A stretch of DNA of 64,000 nt from Lama glama (Eukaryota): positions 35,528,001 to 35,592,000 of the forward strand of contig CM052816.1 in assembly GCA_028534125.1 (NCBI GenBank), given 5' to 3'. A model generated the notes under the pieces. It was given only the letters and a program-made list of their open reading frames with translations. It had not been told where the DNA came from and searched no databases. The translations under genes and the position numbers were made by a program. Position 1 is the stretch's first letter. Each line of letters begins with the position of its first letter. Positions 61,216-64,000 of the stretch are shown one piece after another.

Positions 61216-62289
61216 GTGTGTGTGTATTCCTTATCATTTGGCAAACACAGAAAATTACCCAAAAAAAACCCCCCAAAACCCATAAATAAACTAAATGATA
61301 ACTCAGAAATAACCACAGTTGCTTCTCATTTTTAAAAGATACTTGAGATATGCCCAGTTTAGTAAACCTCATTTTTACTAAACAGTGTATTATGATTCTT
61401 TGTAAACCCGCTTAGAAAGAATTATCTCTGATGAATAATTTAGTATAATACACGAGTAAGACTTAGCCTGCCTACACCCAACTGTATGTTCTTTGTCCTA
61501 TAGTAGTGGCAAGGGATAAGCATTTTTAAAATTTTAATTTGGTACTTAAGTAGCAAATATTCTTGAAATTTCCAGCCCCCTTCTGTAGTCAGTCCCCAGT
61601 GATAAGGAGCTTGGAAAGAGGGAAGGGAATGGAGGTGAATGTGAATTTAAAATGTCTCTCATTCTCCTAGTGTATTCTAATACTTATAATTTCCTCCGGC
61701 AAGACTAAAATCAATTGTGTTTTATCTCTAGATGTTATAGCTTAAGACCTCAGTTTAAACACTATTTATTTATATTGAAGTCTGTTCCATGATCTCTTTT
61801 ACTGTCTTATCCTTTATGTAATCTCTCCAATTGCCTGCTATAACATGAAATATCTCAAAAAGTAAGAGAACAAAATGTCATTAAAGCTTTTTTTTTAAAT
61901 AAAAAAATCTTTAAATAAAAAATCTTTCTACTCACATCTTATCTTCCATGGCTGTTTCTTCATTGTTGTCTGGAACAGGTGTCCCCAAATAGTCAAACTG
62001 AAACCCAAACTTTACAGTTACAGGAAATCATGGGCAGACCCCTCCTGCCCTCAGATCCTTGACATCGGTGTCACCGCCACTAGTCTTTGAGTTTGTACAT
62101 CATGAGCCCTGAGAAAGAGAGGGTAGGTCTTTTTTCCTTCATTTTTGTCCAGTATCTAGTACTGCATAAAATTAACAATTTACCCAATAACTCTTTGTCG
62201 GCTGAATGTTCTGTATTAGTTTCAAATAAGCATGAGCAATTCAAATATCTTTTCCCCTGTATTTCAGATATTCTTATATCAACTTTAAT

Positions 62290-62370
62290 ATTATGCTGTA
62301 CACCAGAAATTGACACAGCATTGTAAACTGACTATACTTCAATTTTTAAAAAAAGGAAAAAGAAAGAAAG
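62290..62370 (+). mobile_element. Short L1 3' tail
   Basis: ATGCTGTACACCAGAAATTGACACAGCATTGTAAACTGACTATACTTCAAT + A-rich tail. Confidence 0.85.
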
Positions 62371-64000
62371 AATTGTTAGTTTAAGGGAATGAGGAGAAAA
62401 ATTGTAGATAGAGAGTGCTAGCTGCTTCTGCTGCCTTAATACTTAAAAATGTTCTTTATACTTGTAACCAGCGAAGATAAGATAGACCTTTAAAATGAAG
62501 TCACAAGTGGCTGTATATCAGCCCTGAGAGAAGTCAGCTTGTATCATATATAACATCTGGAGATTTATGACCCTTTGGAGAATGCTAGCAGAAATCTTCC
62601 CATCTCACAACTGTATTTGGCTTTTTAAACTTTTTTGTTTTTTAATATTAACACCTTTTTATTTGTTTATAAACATAATACCTATTCATAGTCAAATATT
62701 TAAAAGATATAGAATTTGTTCACCGCCACTGGCATTCAAACATACAATATAACTGTTCTGACCTTCTGTTGAATTTCCTGTTAATTATGTCCGCATTTGT
62801 TAAATGTATTATAAAACAAAGAGTTGGTGTAAACTAATAGTTATATTCATTTTGATATTATACAACCATTTTACAACATGCCCACTGTTGATGTAATTAT
62901 CTTCATGTTGGGATATTAAACATTTCCCCCATAAAACTCTGTTGCCTGTTTAGGTCAATCATCCTTAAGTTTCTTTTCTGAAAAAGCAGATTTAACTGAA
63001 CTAGGAAAATCAGAACAGTCTAGTAATAGTAAGAGCAAGGTCCTCATTGAACCTTATAAATGGGATCTTCAGTATCATTTATAAGCTTGTTATTTCAAAA
63101 ACTTCAATTATCACTGTAGCAAAATGAACTGTCAAATTCACATCTAGATTGACTCAGAGTCTGTTCACCCTTTTCTCTTTTGATTTCCAGAATTGTTTGT
63201 GTATTACCAAAGAAAACAGTAAGTTTATCTTATCCATTTGAATTCATAAATCAAATTCCACTATTCCTAATGCCTGATGAAAACTAGCATAATAAAAAAA
63301 ATCCAAATCTCAGGCAATGACACATTTTTTTCAGGTTCTCTGTAGTGGAATAGATTGTTCCAAAACAAAATTTTAAACATATTAATTTTAAAAGGTTTCA
63401 CCTACATCTTCAATCTTGAATATTACATAAAATAAAAAATATCAGGTAGTATTTAATAAGAATACATTATAAGCTGATGATGTATTAGAATTAAAATTGT
63501 GTATTGTATTTCTTTATGGGATCTGTTTACTTGACCTTGGACTTAATCCTATTAATTAAACATATTTTAAGAACTGTAATGAAAAATAAGATTACTGTAG
63601 GGAAATGAATTTCCATGAGTTTTGTCAAGGCTTCTAAATTGATAGATTTGCGTCACCCAGCCTGTCTTGTCCTGGGTGTGCTAACGAGCAGTCAGAGCCA
63701 GTACATGAAAAAAATGAAGGAAGAGGAGATTTATTTGAGCACATTTATAGGCAATCCATAGCTCAATGACTAGACACTGAATATCTGAGAATTGATTTTT
63801 ATAAAATAGCTTATTTTAAGAATGAGAACTTTCTCAAGTTCTTTTACTCCCAGAACAAAGACTGTTATCTTACTATATTTTTAGGACGATCGTCTAGGGC
63901 AGGCTTTTGATATAAATAAATGATGCATTAACATTGTATGCAGACAGAGTGTATATGCCAGCAGAAAACTAAATGGGGGAGAATTGTATGTTTATACAAT

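Noticed and set aside
62250..62290. Acceptor-like TTTCCCCTGTATTTCAG|ATATTC as FBXL17 exon 2
   Set aside because: Begins with Ile-Phe but continues LYQL-stop rather than SNLSLDERC, and runs into an L1 tail.
1..64000. CRISPR array, operon or other prokaryotic/viral system
   Set aside because: No regularly spaced repeat-spacer array, no gene-dense segment and no intact retroviral or transposase ORF; the window is typical mammalian DNA.

Overview
Mammalian genomic DNA, most likely from a camelid (alpaca/llama/camel), judged from Vic-1-like tRNA-derived SINEs and the style of the young L1 3' ends. The only protein-coding feature I can support is coding exon 1 of FBXL17 (+ strand, ATG 36358 to splice donor after 37362, 335 codons), inside a CpG island at about 35400-37480. 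The ~35 kb upstream is intergenic and dense with old repeats (MaLR/ERVL/ERV1 LTRs, L1, L2, MIR, hAT elements). The downstream part is AT-rich, intron-like DNA interrupted by a 500-N assembly gap (45703-46202). I found no clearly novel biological system. The most interesting items are: (i) the gap seems to join two different L1 copies, and no later FBXL17 exon is recognisable in the 26 kb after exon 1; (ii) an old ERVL-type LTR at 12871-13611 with CpG-island character and CTCF-like motifs, part of a divergently oriented CTCF-motif cluster; (iii) FBXL17 leader architecture (a strong-context uORF, a start-stop element, a weak main ATG, a strong downstream ATG) and an MGxxxSK myristoylation-like N-terminus; (iv) several readable retro/DNA-transposition events with target-site duplications. 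Repeat subfamily names are from recollected consensus features and need RepeatMasker/Dfam confirmation; boundaries are approximate.
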